Source of the DNA: a bacterium
GTDB lineage: Bacteria; Patescibacteriota; Patescibacteriia; UBA2196
Assembly (NCBI GenBank): GCA_035388785.1
Contig: DAOOQN010000005.1
Span: 1-54,640 of the forward strand
DNA length: 54,640 bases
Direction: 5' to 3'
Part shown: in pieces, positions 20,201 through 30,856 of the stretch
Layout of the letters: each line of letters opens with the position of its first letter
Position numbering within the stretch: position 1 is the first letter of the stretch
Notes under the pieces: generated by a model
Seen by the model: only the letters and a program-made list of their open reading frames with translations
What the model was told of the DNA's origin: nothing
The model's database searches: none
Position numbers and translations under genes: made by a program

Positions 20201-20435
20201 CATAGCCATATGGTAACAAACGATCCACCCGTTCTTCCATCTCGTTCGCAGCTTTATCAGTAAAAGTCAGGGCTAAAATTTCATCAGCTTGAGCCAGGCC
20301 TTGTTCAATTAGCCAAGCCACGCGTTCGGTAATCACAGTGGTTTTACCAGTCCCAGCGCCAGCCACAATTAAAAGCGGACCAGCACCATAAGTCACTGCT
20401 TGCTTTTGTTGTTCGTTTAAATCATTAAGTGGCAT
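17280..20435 (-). CDS. UvrD/PcrA-family SF1 helicase fused to a C-terminal Cas4/AddB-type Fe-S PD-(D/E)xK nuclease
   Basis: Walker A AGAGTGKT, DEFQDTN, and VHAAKGLEF/VAITRAK helicase motifs are present. The C-terminus has C-x..(FATCPYQYY), GFIDRVD...EIIDYKTG (D..ExK core), and CHYCDFKEIC (C-x2-C-x5-C). Confidence 0.85.
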   Translation of the reverse strand: MPLNDLNEQQKQAVTYGAGPLLIVAGAGTGKTTVITERVAWLIEQGLAQADEILALTFTDKAANEMEERVDRLLPYGYVDLWIMTFHAFAERLLQQHGLDIGLSSDFKLLNQTEQWLLVRQNLDCFNLDYYQPLGNPTKFIHALIKHFSRCKDEEIWPEDYLKHVEDLKINLDSMEASGGVILKNENIKILKQDPLCPVGRLPLIKGEMTEAPLLYKEGVGVGNDETDIFEIKRLEEIANAYHVYQQLLLENSSLDFGDLINYTLKLLRARPHILELYQEKFKYILVDEFQDTNFAQYELIKLLAGGHGNLTVVGDDDQSIYKFRGASVANILQFKDDFKNAHEIYLTHNYRSCQNILDLAYNFIQLNNPERLEVKLKKISNNVATLSKKLVAQSADLGSIELLRAEDAGAEAAMVVEKIITLKESETALTWNDFAILVRANSQAEAFLLALRTQDLPHTFVASKGLYQKEIIMDVLAYLKLLDNYHESLALWRVLNLPTLNIATEDLMEFSRFATRKAWSLFECLKQINLLSHISEDTKRKVAKILGLLNKHTTLVQEKSVRHVILAFLQDFNYSQYLLKKNDVQAFSYLNQLGKKIDDFSARGGSASGGNHTLGNNSVKNFINLISLELEAGEEGSLIPESDEGPEAIKVMTVHAAKGLEFKYVFVAGLVDKRFPSLERKESIELPVELIKEKVPTGDVHLQEERRLFYVAITRAKQGLFFTAAENYGGKERKKLSRFLFEVGLAVPEAIQTKSKKNNLGHDLSLAPAESVHKNLFATSTLPAEKGHFSFSQLKAFATCPYQYYLSFVVKVPVMGKASFSYGKTMHSTLQKFFALIKDNNASIQSELFSGTEKSINGVDDTKSKKLPSWEHLLNFYNESWVDDWYVDKKQKEEYRQLGEKSLKKIYAQLQEFGVPQVQFLEIGFTFKLATRTIKGFIDRVDKLATGGFEIIDYKTGVSKNEKTVEKDQLLIYQIAASENLHWPLEKLTFYYLDDGTAVSFLGTDKEIDKMKEKIMVITDKIMQADFSATPSVFNCHYCDFKEICQYREL
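18601..18634. repeat. Perfect 34-bp palindrome inside the helicase ORF
   Basis: TTTCCGCCAGAGGCGGATCCGCCTCTGGCGGAAA equals its own reverse complement and is centred on GGATCC. In frame it encodes SARGGSASGGN. Confidence 0.9.
19768..19857. repeat. GC-rich multi-hairpin mini-element inserted in-frame in the helicase ORF
   Basis: Hairpins CCCCCTCC-ttataaa-GGAGGGGG (19778-19800) and CTCCCCCTT-gat-AAGGGGGAG (19812-19832) sit within a roughly 90-bp GC island. It encodes DPLCPVGRLPLIKGEMTEAPLLYKEGVGVG. Confidence 0.75.
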
Positions 20436-20468
20436 ATTAATTAAACTTTAGCATAAAATAAAGAAATA

Positions 20469-20497
20469 AAAAAACCGTGTTCAACAGAACACGGCGC
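20469..20497 (-). terminator. Rho-independent terminator of the atp operon
   Basis: The minus-strand RNA has the stem CCGUGUUC-UGUU-GAACACGG followed by UUUUUUU, about 45 nt after the atpC stop. Confidence 0.7.
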
Positions 20498-20541
20498 CTA
20501 AGTATGACAAAGTTATTTTTTATTATTAAAATATTTCTAAA

Positions 20542-20979
20542 CTAATCATCCAAATTTATTTTTTTACTGTGATGTTTTTTGGCTACTTTTAAACGAACTA
20601 ATTCCTTTTGGAGTTTGGCACTTAATAAAGCATAGTCCTCTGCATCTTCTTTTTTTTCTTGCAACATTTCTTGAGCGCGTAACCGTGCTTCTTCAGCCCT
20701 TTGTAAATCAATTTCTAAAGCGTGTTCGGCTGTGTCGGCTAAGACCAAAACTTCTGAAGCTGCATTAACCTGGACCAAACCACCAGACACAGCTAAGCTT
20801 ATTTTTTCCATATCTTTTTTAATAATAATTTCGCCTGGTACAAGGTTGGTCACCAGAGGTATGTGATGCGCTAAAATAGTTATCTCACCATTTTCTGTGG
20901 GCAAGCTAACTGCTTCAACCTCATCTTGAAAGGCTATTTTTTCAGGCGTAGTAATTTGAAATTTTATTTTTGGCAACAT
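20542..20979 (-). CDS. atpC: F1 ATP synthase epsilon subunit
   Basis: 145 aa with a beta-sandwich N-terminus (ITTPEKIAFQDEV..V.LPT..GE..IL..H.P) and a helical C-terminus. It is the last gene of the atp operon. Confidence 0.9.
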   Translation of the reverse strand: MLPKIKFQITTPEKIAFQDEVEAVSLPTENGEITILAHHIPLVTNLVPGEIIIKKDMEKISLAVSGGLVQVNAASEVLVLADTAEHALEIDLQRAEEARLRAQEMLQEKKEDAEDYALLSAKLQKELVRLKVAKKHHSKKINLDD

Positions 20980-20994
20980 ATTTTAAAAATAAAA

Positions 20995-23341
<2,347 letters not shown>

Positions 23342-23351
23342 AATTTTAAAT

Positions 23352-24872
23352 TTAAGATTTAAAACTCTGACTATACTCAATCACGGTTTGTTTTAGTTTT
23401 GCTTCCAGTTCTGGTGTTAAGCCGTTTGGTTCAATTAAATCAATTAAAATTTGTTGGCCATGAATTTTTAAATAATTAATAAAACCTTTTTCCCAAAGTT
23501 TAATTTTTTCAAGCGGCACTTCATTTAACAAACCATTAACTGCCGCATACAAAACCGCCACCTGTTCTGTGACCGGCATAGGTTCATATTGATCCTGTTT
23601 TAATAATTCTGACAGACGTTTGCCAAGCTCCAATCTTTTTTTTGTTTCTGCATCCAGATCAGAACTAAATTGAGCAAAAGCTTCCAATTCTCTAAACTGT
23701 GCCAAATCAATGCGTAATTTACCAGCTACTTTTTTCATGGCTTTAATTTGTGCGGCTGAACCAACACGGGAAACCGATAAACCAACATTTAAAGCTGGTC
23801 GGACGCCTTGATAAAATAAATCTGCCTCTAAATAGATCTGACCGTCAGTAATGGAAATAACATTAGTCGGAATATAAGCTGAGACATCGCCAGCCTGAGT
23901 TTCAATGATCGGTAGGGCTGTAATGGAACCACCCCCAAAATCTGCACTAAGTTTGGCTGATCTTTCCAACAGCCTTGAGTGTAAATAAAAAATGTCACCC
24001 GGATAAGCTTCGCGACCCGGTGGACGACGCAAAAGCAAAGATATTTCACGGTAAGCCCAGGCATGTTTAGATAAATCATCATAAATAATTAAAACATCCT
24101 TACCCTGATCCATAAAATATTCTGCCATAGCACAACCAGCATAGGGCGCAATATAAGACAAAGCAGCTGGATCAGAAGCACCAGCTAACACCACAATAGT
24201 TTTATCCATCACTTTGTGTTTCTTTAATTCAACAATAATTTTGGCCACCTTTGATTCTTTTTGACCAATGGCCACATAAATTGGGATGACATCAGTATCT
24301 TTTTGATTAATAATAGTATCAATAGCAATTGCAGTCTTGCCGGTTTGACGATCACCAATAATTAACTCGCGTTGACCACGACCGATGGGAATAACTGAAT
24401 CAATGGCCTTAATACCAGTTTGTAATGGGTTTTTGACTGATTCACGAGTAATTACTCCCGGTGCAATTTTTTCCACTGGATAATTGGCTGCTGCTTTTAT
24501 TGATCCTTGACCATCAAGCGGTTCGCCTAAAGAATTAACCACACGACCCAAAAGTTCATTACCAACCGGTACAGACAAAATTTTTCCTGTCGCATAAGCC
24601 AAATCGCCTTCTTTAATTAAATTACTATCACCTAAAACAATAACTCCCACGCCATCGGTTAATAAATTCAAAGCCACCCCTGAAACAATAACTTGTTCGT
24701 CTTTTTTAAACTCCACCATTTCTGACATCTTTATAGCATCCAAACCAACAATTTTGACTATACCGTCACCAACTTCTGCCACACGCCCAACATGTTCTTG
24801 TTTGAAAGTATTTTGAAAAACGTCAATTTGCGCTTTCAGTTCTGCCAAAATTTCTTCTTTATTTATTTTCAT
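23352..24872 (-). CDS. atpA: F1 ATP synthase alpha subunit
   Basis: 506 aa with GDRQTGKT (Walker A), [11 protein letters not shown], and ITDGQI motifs. Confidence 0.97.
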   Translation of the reverse strand: MKINKEEILAELKAQIDVFQNTFKQEHVGRVAEVGDGIVKIVGLDAIKMSEMVEFKKDEQVIVSGVALNLLTDGVGVIVLGDSNLIKEGDLAYATGKILSVPVGNELLGRVVNSLGEPLDGQGSIKAAANYPVEKIAPGVITRESVKNPLQTGIKAIDSVIPIGRGQRELIIGDRQTGKTAIAIDTIINQKDTDVIPIYVAIGQKESKVAKIIVELKKHKVMDKTIVVLAGASDPAALSYIAPYAGCAMAEYFMDQGKDVLIIYDDLSKHAWAYREISLLLRRPPGREAYPGDIFYLHSRLLERSAKLSADFGGGSITALPIIETQAGDVSAYIPTNVISITDGQIYLEADLFYQGVRPALNVGLSVSRVGSAAQIKAMKKVAGKLRIDLAQFRELEAFAQFSSDLDAETKKRLELGKRLSELLKQDQYEPMPVTEQVAVLYAAVNGLLNEVPLEKIKLWEKGFINYLKIHGQQILIDLIEPNGLTPELEAKLKQTVIEYSQSFKS

Positions 24873-25267
24873 ATATTTAACAAACTATTTTTTAAATTAG
24901 TTAATTGTTTTTTAACTGTTAAATCCAATAAAGTATCACCATATAAAATTTTTACTCCACCCAAAAGACCGCTATCTATTTCTGATTGCAAAGTTATATC
25001 TTTAGCGTCTGGCACTACCTGATGTAAATATTTTTTAACATAAGTCATGGTTTCTTTATCTAATTTACTGGCCGATACCACCCGCACTTCTGCCACACCG
25101 GAAAGTGCTTGATAGTTATGTTCAAAAAAATTAACAATACCAGCCAAACGATTTTCATCATTATTGACTTTTAAAAATAAGAGAAACTTTTCAATTGCAA
25201 TTTTAGCACTGAATTCATGTTGAGATAACCAATAAAGCAGTTGGGCGTAAGCCAATTGACTATACAT
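24869..25267 (-). CDS. atpH: F1 ATP synthase delta (OSCP) subunit, short form
   Basis: It sits between atpF and atpA, and its stop overlaps the atpA start in ATGA. The C-terminal D..LLGGVKI..GD...D.T motif is typical of delta. At 132 aa it is shorter than usual. Confidence 0.7.
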   Translation of the reverse strand: MYSQLAYAQLLYWLSQHEFSAKIAIEKFLLFLKVNNDENRLAGIVNFFEHNYQALSGVAEVRVVSASKLDKETMTYVKKYLHQVVPDAKDITLQSEIDSGLLGGVKILYGDTLLDLTVKKQLTNLKNSLLNI

Positions 25268-25275
25268 AAAATTAA

Positions 25276-25836
25276 CTAACTTATATCTAAATTATTTCTG
25301 ATTATTTTTTTATCAGCCTTGATGTTAATTTTTTCAGCTAAAATTTTAGCCACCCCAGCTTCAATCAAATCGGCAGCAACTTTTTTTATATCCAATAAAA
25401 CCTGCTCTTTTTCTTGTTTTAATTTATCTTTAGCCACAGTCAACTGCTTTTCAATCTGCTCTTTAGTTTCAACCGCGATTTTTTGCTGCTCAATTATTGC
25501 ATTTTTTTGTGCCTCTTCAATAATAATAACGGCTTCTTGCCTGGCGGCGATTAAAATTTTTTCTTGTTCAACCTTAACCTGCGTTAAACGAGTTTCAATT
25601 TCACCAGCATTTTTTAAGCTGGCATCTATTTTTTTTGTCCGTTCTGATAAAACCTTAATCAAAGGCTTATAAACCCACCGCCATAAAACCAACAACACAA
25701 TAGTAAAGTTTATAATTTGAGCAATTAAAAGTTTCCAATCAATACCCAAAACACTTAGCAAACCCTGCTGAGTAACTGGGTTTTCTGCGACAGCTTCTGT
25801 GGCTGCCCAAACTGTATTGATAAAAAATAAAGACAT
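25276..25836 (-). CDS. atpF: Fo ATP synthase subunit b
   Basis: One N-terminal TM helix is followed by a long charged coiled coil. It sits between atpE and atpH. Confidence 0.8.
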   Translation of the reverse strand: MSLFFINTVWAATEAVAENPVTQQGLLSVLGIDWKLLIAQIINFTIVLLVLWRWVYKPLIKVLSERTKKIDASLKNAGEIETRLTQVKVEQEKILIAARQEAVIIIEEAQKNAIIEQQKIAVETKEQIEKQLTVAKDKLKQEKEQVLLDIKKVAADLIEAGVAKILAEKINIKADKKIIRNNLDIS

Positions 25837-25919
25837 GGTTTTAAAATTTAATAAACAAACAAAGAATCATAAAATATTTTTATAACTCCTTGCCTGCCTA
25901 AAAAGCAGGTTTTAAAAAA

Positions 25920-26138
25920 TTATAAAGTAAACACCACCACCAAAGCATAAATAGCAATGGCTTCAGAAAAAGCAGCTCCCAAAAGCATGGGCACAAAAAG
26001 TTTATCCCCAGCCTCTGGGTTACGCCCGATGGCTTCCATGGCCTTAGAAACAATCTTACCAATAGCTAGAGCTGGGAAAATACCACCCAAAGCCATGGTT
26101 AAACTTTTAGCCACAATTTTTATCATTTCTGCATCCAT
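25920..26138 (-). CDS. atpE: Fo ATP synthase subunit c
   Basis: 72-aa helical hairpin with the loop AIGRNPE and a conserved carboxylate (FSEAIAIYALV). Confidence 0.9.
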   Translation of the reverse strand: MDAEMIKIVAKSLTMALGGIFPALAIGKIVSKAMEAIGRNPEAGDKLFVPMLLGAAFSEAIAIYALVVVFTL

Positions 26139-26226
26139 AATTAACCTTCTTTAGGACAGGCCGAGGCGAAACGGCCAATAACGCCAAAAATATTTTATGT
26201 CCTATTAATAATTTAATAAAAAAAAA

Positions 26227-27015
26227 TTAGTGTGCTTCCACGGTAGCTACCTGCATAAAAACCAACGTCAACATAGCAAAAATAGTCGCCTGAACCAAAC
26301 CAACCAAAAGCTCCAAAAACATAAAAGGTAAAGGAATTACGTAAGCAACCAAAGAAGCCATAACTGTCAACAATACCTCACCAGCAAAAACATTACCAAA
26401 CAACCTCAAAGATAAAGAAACTGTTTTAGCAACCTCTGAAAATAATTCGATAATTCCAATAAAAAAATTAATGATAGCGGTAAAAATTTTTAGAGGATTC
26501 AATGTTTTGATAGCTTTAAAAAGACCACCAAAATGTAAATATTTATTAAAGTGCTTTAAAAACCCAATAGAAATGATACCAAAAATATGTGTACTTATCA
26601 CAGCAAAAATTGCTAGAGCCAAAGTAGTGTTAAGATCGCTGGTACCTGGTCGCAAGAAAGGCACTAAAATTTTTATCCCCTCTTTGTGTTCCCACCAACC
26701 AACAGAACCGGTACCGGGAAGTTGCCCCATCCAGTTTAAAATTAAAATGAATAAAAACAAGCTTGCAACAATGGGCAAAAATTTTTCTGACTTTTTACGA
26801 TCATGCGTTACACTATCAACATATTTTAAGATAGCCTCTAAAACAAACTCTAAAAAATTTTGCAGACCAGAAGGTATCTTTTTTATACCTTTAATTTTTA
26901 AGGTTAGACCAACACCAAAGAAAAAAATAAGTGCCAACCATGTATTAATAATAGAATTAGTGATCGGAAAACCGATAAGATAAAAAATTGGTTCAGCGGC
27001 TAAACTTAAATGCAT
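26227..27015 (-). CDS. atpB: Fo ATP synthase subunit a
   Basis: 262-aa polytopic protein with the SLSLRLFGN essential-arginine motif. Confidence 0.9.
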   Translation of the reverse strand: MHLSLAAEPIFYLIGFPITNSIINTWLALIFFFGVGLTLKIKGIKKIPSGLQNFLEFVLEAILKYVDSVTHDRKKSEKFLPIVASLFLFILILNWMGQLPGTGSVGWWEHKEGIKILVPFLRPGTSDLNTTLALAIFAVISTHIFGIISIGFLKHFNKYLHFGGLFKAIKTLNPLKIFTAIINFFIGIIELFSEVAKTVSLSLRLFGNVFAGEVLLTVMASLVAYVIPLPFMFLELLVGLVQATIFAMLTLVFMQVATVEAH

Positions 27016-27024
27016 AAAATTAAA

Positions 27025-27261
27025 TTATTTTCCTTTGGGATAAAAACGCTTTTTTAAACTAGCTGATTTTTTATAGACAATAAAAATGGCCAGTCCGATA
27101 CCCAAAACACCACCAATCAAAATAAATAAAAAACTATAGCCCAGTTTTTTGTCTAAATAATTACCTACAAGCGTAAAAACCACTACAGGTATGGCCAAAT
27201 TGTAAAGTAACTCCCAGACCAGACCCAAAGCAGCAATATTTTTTTGATAATTATTTGGCAT
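27025..27261 (-). CDS. AtpI/AtpZ-like small membrane protein
   Basis: 78 aa with two TM helices. It is the first gene of the atp operon, immediately upstream of atpB. Confidence 0.55.
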   Translation of the reverse strand: MPNNYQKNIAALGLVWELLYNLAIPVVVFTLVGNYLDKKLGYSFLFILIGGVLGIGLAIFIVYKKSASLKKRFYPKGK

Positions 27262-27343
27262 GTTTTTTTATTTTATGCAAAAAATAAAAGCTCCAAAAAA
27301 GAAGTTTTTATAAAAATATAATAACTTTAGGTGCTTCTTTTAT

Positions 27344-27372
27344 ATTTTATACTAATTTTGTGTTGGCGTCAA
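27344..27372 (-). promoter_or_regulatory. Candidate sigma70-type promoter of the atp operon
   Basis: The minus strand reads TTGACG, then a 17-nt spacer, then TAAAAT. It lies about 80 nt upstream of the atpI-like start, inside the 122-bp gap after rmuC. Confidence 0.35.
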
Positions 27373-27383
27373 ATATATAATTT

Positions 27384-28454
27384 TTATTCGTTGTGTGGTT
27401 TATCCAACACCAGTGGTTCAATTTTTTTCTCCCCTTCTGTTATTTTCACCACATCTTTGTCAATTTTATTTAGTTCTTTATAGGCACTGTTGTACATATT
27501 GACAGTGGTACCCAAATTATTACCCAGTTTTTTCATAAAATCATCAAAGTTTATAAGATGTTTACCTAAATCTTCCACGCGTTTACGAATTTCTTTGGCT
27601 GATTCTTCAATTTGTAAAGCTCGTAACCCCTGCAAAACTGTCTGCAAATAGGCTGCAAAGGTGGTAGGCGAAACAATAATGACTTTCTTTTCCCGAAAAG
27701 CATAATCAATCAATCCCCCAGTATCAACCTTGACCGCCCCAACCTCGTTAATCAACAAATCATAATAAATACCTTCAGCTGGGATAAACATAAAAGCAAA
27801 ATCTAATGTATTTTCGCTCGGCCGAATATACTTAGATGTTTCATCAATTCTCTTTTTTAAATCATTGCGAAAAACCAGTTCTAACCTTTTCTTTTCATCC
27901 GCGTCCTTTTCGGACATAATGCGTCGATAATTTTCTAAAGAAAATTTAGCATCCACTGATAATATTTTATCTTTAATCTTGATTACAGCATCAACCACTT
28001 CACCATTTTCAAAACGATACTGCATTGTATAGGTCTGAGGCGGTAAAATATTACTTAAAATTAATTCCAAACTCGCCTCACCCAAAGAACCACGATTTTT
28101 TGAGTTAGTCAAAACCTTTTCTAAATTCTGCAATTGACCAGTAAAATCAACAACTTGTTTGTTGGTGGCTTCTAATTTTTCTAATTTAGAAGTTACATCT
28201 TGCACTATTTTGGCTGTTTCACTGGACTGCTTTTGCATCATATCAGCAGTAGCAAAAGATTGTTTTTGCAAAAAACTTAGATTATTCTCTAAACTACTTT
28301 TCATTTCATCTTTAATTTTTACCATTTCATCATTAACTGATCTGAGTTGCTGCTCTTGTAAAATATCACGTCCACTCTTACGTGATATTAACCACAACAC
28401 AGCACTAAAACCGCCTAAACAAACAATAATTAAAATTATTTCAAAAGTAGTCAT
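27384..28454 (-). CDS. rmuC: DNA recombination protein RmuC
   Basis: 356 aa with an N-terminal TM anchor, a long coiled coil, and a C-terminal RmuC nuclease-like region (DFAFMFIPAEGIYY, VIIVSPTTF). Confidence 0.85.
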   Translation of the reverse strand: MTTFEIILIIVCLGGFSAVLWLISRKSGRDILQEQQLRSVNDEMVKIKDEMKSSLENNLSFLQKQSFATADMMQKQSSETAKIVQDVTSKLEKLEATNKQVVDFTGQLQNLEKVLTNSKNRGSLGEASLELILSNILPPQTYTMQYRFENGEVVDAVIKIKDKILSVDAKFSLENYRRIMSEKDADEKKRLELVFRNDLKKRIDETSKYIRPSENTLDFAFMFIPAEGIYYDLLINEVGAVKVDTGGLIDYAFREKKVIIVSPTTFAAYLQTVLQGLRALQIEESAKEIRKRVEDLGKHLINFDDFMKKLGNNLGTTVNMYNSAYKELNKIDKDVVKITEGEKKIEPLVLDKPHNE

Positions 28455-28471
28455 AAAAAAATAATAAAGAT

Positions 28472-29749
28472 TTATTTTATTTTACCAAATTTGGTTTCTT
28501 TTTTCAACCAAGCCATTAAAAGGCTAACATCCGGTAATAACTCATTGCGGTGAGACAAAAAGTTGTCACCGGTTTGTATTTTTAAAATTTCTTCACCCAC
28601 GGCTATTGACCTACTGATAGGTTTAGTAAAAATTAAAAATTCATGTGAATTTTTTAAAATTATACGTTTTTCTTGATAAATTACTCTGTGGTCTTTAATT
28701 ACATAAATTCCAGTGGCTGGAATTTGATGTAAAATGCCCCAACAGTCTTGGCTGGCACGCCAAACAATTTGACCACCAGAAATTTTGGTAAAATTTTCCG
28801 CTGATCGATCCAGAATTTTTCCTTGCCAATAATTAATTAGAACATCAAATATTGGTCGACCTCCGGCTAATTTAACCAACCAGTTTTCTAAATTAAAAGA
28901 AGCCGTCTGACGCGCATTGACCTCTATCAAATAAAGCTGGCGAGTATTTTTATCATAAACAAAATCGAGACCAGCCGAGCCAAAAAAATTATTTTCTCGT
29001 AAGATACCTCCCACCTCAGTGCCTATAAACTTAGCCTGTTGCAAAATTTCACTATCAAAATCAATCCATGAATTTCCGACAGTGGCAAATTTTTGATCAG
29101 TTAGACTTTCTAAACCAGTGAGTTGTAAGCTTAGTTGTCCACTCAAAACACCCTGAGGTAAAACTAATAAATTGAGGGTTAGATTTTCGCCTTGGATAAA
29201 ACGACTTAAACGAATTGGACGTTTAGGAAACTTCTGACACCAAACTTGCCACAAAGTTGAATCTAAAAGAAAAGTACCCTCGCCAGAATGACTGGTGTTA
29301 AATTGAGCAACAATCTTATTGCCTAATATCTTAACTAAATCTTCAAAAGTGCAACTTTCTGGCGTAAAAATAATAAACTGAGGAAAATAGTTTTTTAATT
29401 TTTCAAAAAAGAATACCTGGGAAATTTTACCTTCAATCTTCTCAATTAAAAAACTGGGTGGATTTAAAAGCTTAAGGTTGTTTTTTTGGGCTATCAATTC
29501 TATTAAATAACTATTTTTAAAAACCGATAAAAAAAAGAGACTATTTTCAAAAATAAAATCTTTAAAACGTGGATTAGTTAACAAACCAAGTGTGTTAAAA
29601 TTTTTATGGATGTGAAAAAAAGTAACTGACCATTTTTTAGGCCATGATTTATCTTTTTGGTCAGTAGAAGTTAACAGTCTGGCACCAGCGATAGATTCCA
29701 TGCAGTAAGATACTTTTTCCAAATCATTACTAACAAAAGCTATCTTCAT
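28472..29749 (-). CDS. ATP-grasp superfamily ligase, unknown substrate
   Basis: 425 aa. The central fold has KIVAQFNTSHSGEGTF (the phosphate-binding Lys/Gly-rich region) and the signature AGLDFVYD....LYLIEVNARQTAS (Mg-ATP binding E-x-N). It is not recognisable as Ddl, PurK or CarB. Confidence 0.65.
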   Translation of the reverse strand: MKIAFVSNDLEKVSYCMESIAGARLLTSTDQKDKSWPKKWSVTFFHIHKNFNTLGLLTNPRFKDFIFENSLFFLSVFKNSYLIELIAQKNNLKLLNPPSFLIEKIEGKISQVFFFEKLKNYFPQFIIFTPESCTFEDLVKILGNKIVAQFNTSHSGEGTFLLDSTLWQVWCQKFPKRPIRLSRFIQGENLTLNLLVLPQGVLSGQLSLQLTGLESLTDQKFATVGNSWIDFDSEILQQAKFIGTEVGGILRENNFFGSAGLDFVYDKNTRQLYLIEVNARQTASFNLENWLVKLAGGRPIFDVLINYWQGKILDRSAENFTKISGGQIVWRASQDCWGILHQIPATGIYVIKDHRVIYQEKRIILKNSHEFLIFTKPISRSIAVGEEILKIQTGDNFLSHRNELLPDVSLLMAWLKKETKFGKIK

Positions 29750-29756
29750 AAAAAAA

Positions 29757-30638
29757 TTAAGTGATAATAATCAGTATCGGCTCTTGTGTTTTAAATTTTT
29801 TCTGTTTTGCTTTCAACAAGCCGGCCAGACCCAAAGCAGAAGTAGCAGAGCAATTGATGTTCATTGGCTTTAACTCATCTTGAGCTAATTTTAACTCTTG
29901 ATTAGAAATTGTCCAACCAAACCCATGACTGTTTTTAATTATCTCAACCACCTCTGGTTTGCGATGTCCCACCACATCCACAACAGCATCAGCTGTGGAC
30001 ATACTCTCCAAAGTATAGTTTTGATCAAAATCTTTGACTAAAGTATTAACCATGGTCGTCTGAACTACATGAAATTGTGGCTTAGATTTGAGATATTGAT
30101 AAAGACCAACCACTAAAGTACCGGATGAGGCCGGAATAAAAATTGAGCCCAAATTGGGTATGGTAATATCTATTTCTTCGGCTAAAGATTGATAACCCAC
30201 AAGTGCTTGGGGTGAGATTGAAGCTCGTAAAAAAACAAAACCACTTTTTTTGGCTAACTGAAAAGCTTCAAAAATTGGTTTTTTTACTAAATGAATTTTT
30301 ATAATACCCAAATTTTGATGCGTCTGTTTAACTGACTGATGAATCCTCGGGTGACAGAAAGATACGATTTTACGCAATTTTTCTTTTTTAATTTTTTCAG
30401 AAACAAAAATTTCCAACGGCCGCTTAAATTTATTACACCAATAAGCAGCAGCAGCAGCGGCATTACCGGAGGAAGAAATGACAAAACCCTCAGCCCCACT
30501 GGCCACCTCTTTATTAATCCAAACCGAAAATGATCTATCTTTATGTGAACCAGTCGGATTTATGGTTTCATTGGCCAAATAAATTTCTTGATTAATTTTT
30601 TTTGACAATGACAATGGTTTAAAAATATGATTTGACAT
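29757..30638 (-). CDS. PLP-dependent enzyme of the tryptophan-synthase-beta/threonine-synthase (PALP) fold
   Basis: NPTGSHKDR contains the PLP lysine; compare the canonical NPTGSFKDR. SSGNAAAAAA follows. I prefer the ATG at 30638, since the track's start at 30653 is a TTG. Confidence 0.75.
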   Translation of the reverse strand: MSNHIFKPLSLSKKINQEIYLANETINPTGSHKDRSFSVWINKEVASGAEGFVISSSGNAAAAAAYWCNKFKRPLEIFVSEKIKKEKLRKIVSFCHPRIHQSVKQTHQNLGIIKIHLVKKPIFEAFQLAKKSGFVFLRASISPQALVGYQSLAEEIDITIPNLGSIFIPASSGTLVVGLYQYLKSKPQFHVVQTTMVNTLVKDFDQNYTLESMSTADAVVDVVGHRKPEVVEIIKNSHGFGWTISNQELKLAQDELKPMNINCSATSALGLAGLLKAKQKKFKTQEPILIIIT

Positions 30639-30697
30639 GTTTAAAGTAAACAATTAAAATTAAAATGTAAAAAATATTTATCATTAAAAAAACATCT

Positions 30698-30853
30698 ATG
30701 CATTATTCTTGCCCCGAATGCAACACATCAAATGAGTTGGAAGAAACGTCTGTGGGTACCTTTTTAGATTGCCCAGAATGTGGTATGACCGTAATGGTAA
30801 CCGAAATTGATGGTGACACTGCCAACGTTAAGTTAGTAGAAAACGACAAATAA
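30698..30853 (+). CDS. 51-aa zinc-ribbon mini-protein, LysW-like (unannotated; the only plus-strand gene)
   Basis: My own translation is MHYSCPECNTSNELEETSVGTFLDCPECGMTVMVTEIDGDTANVKLVENDK, ending in TAA. Two CPEC knuckles are spaced 17 residues apart and are followed by an acidic tail. It fills an otherwise empty 200-bp gap and has an in-frame stop 30 nt upstream of the ATG. Confidence 0.6.
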   Translation: MHYSCPECNTSNELEETSVGTFLDCPECGMTVMVTEIDGDTANVKLVENDK

Positions 30854-30856
30854 CTC

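Noticed and set aside
26139-26226. A GC-rich stem (AGGACA...TGTCCT with inner GGCCG/CGGCC) between atpB and atpE, considered as another repeat-family member or a small RNA.
   Set aside because: It shows no clear sequence match to the other repeat copies. It is most simply explained as an intra-operon mRNA structure, and I could not support anything more specific.
26471-26983. The plus-strand ORF of 170 aa and many other plus-strand track ORFs, for example 2942-3325, 9376-9738, 11018-11344, 25319-25672 and 50023-50385.
   Set aside because: All lie antisense to strongly supported conserved minus-strand genes. They have low-complexity, Ser/Phe/Leu/Ile/Lys-rich composition typical of shadow ORFs in AT-rich DNA.
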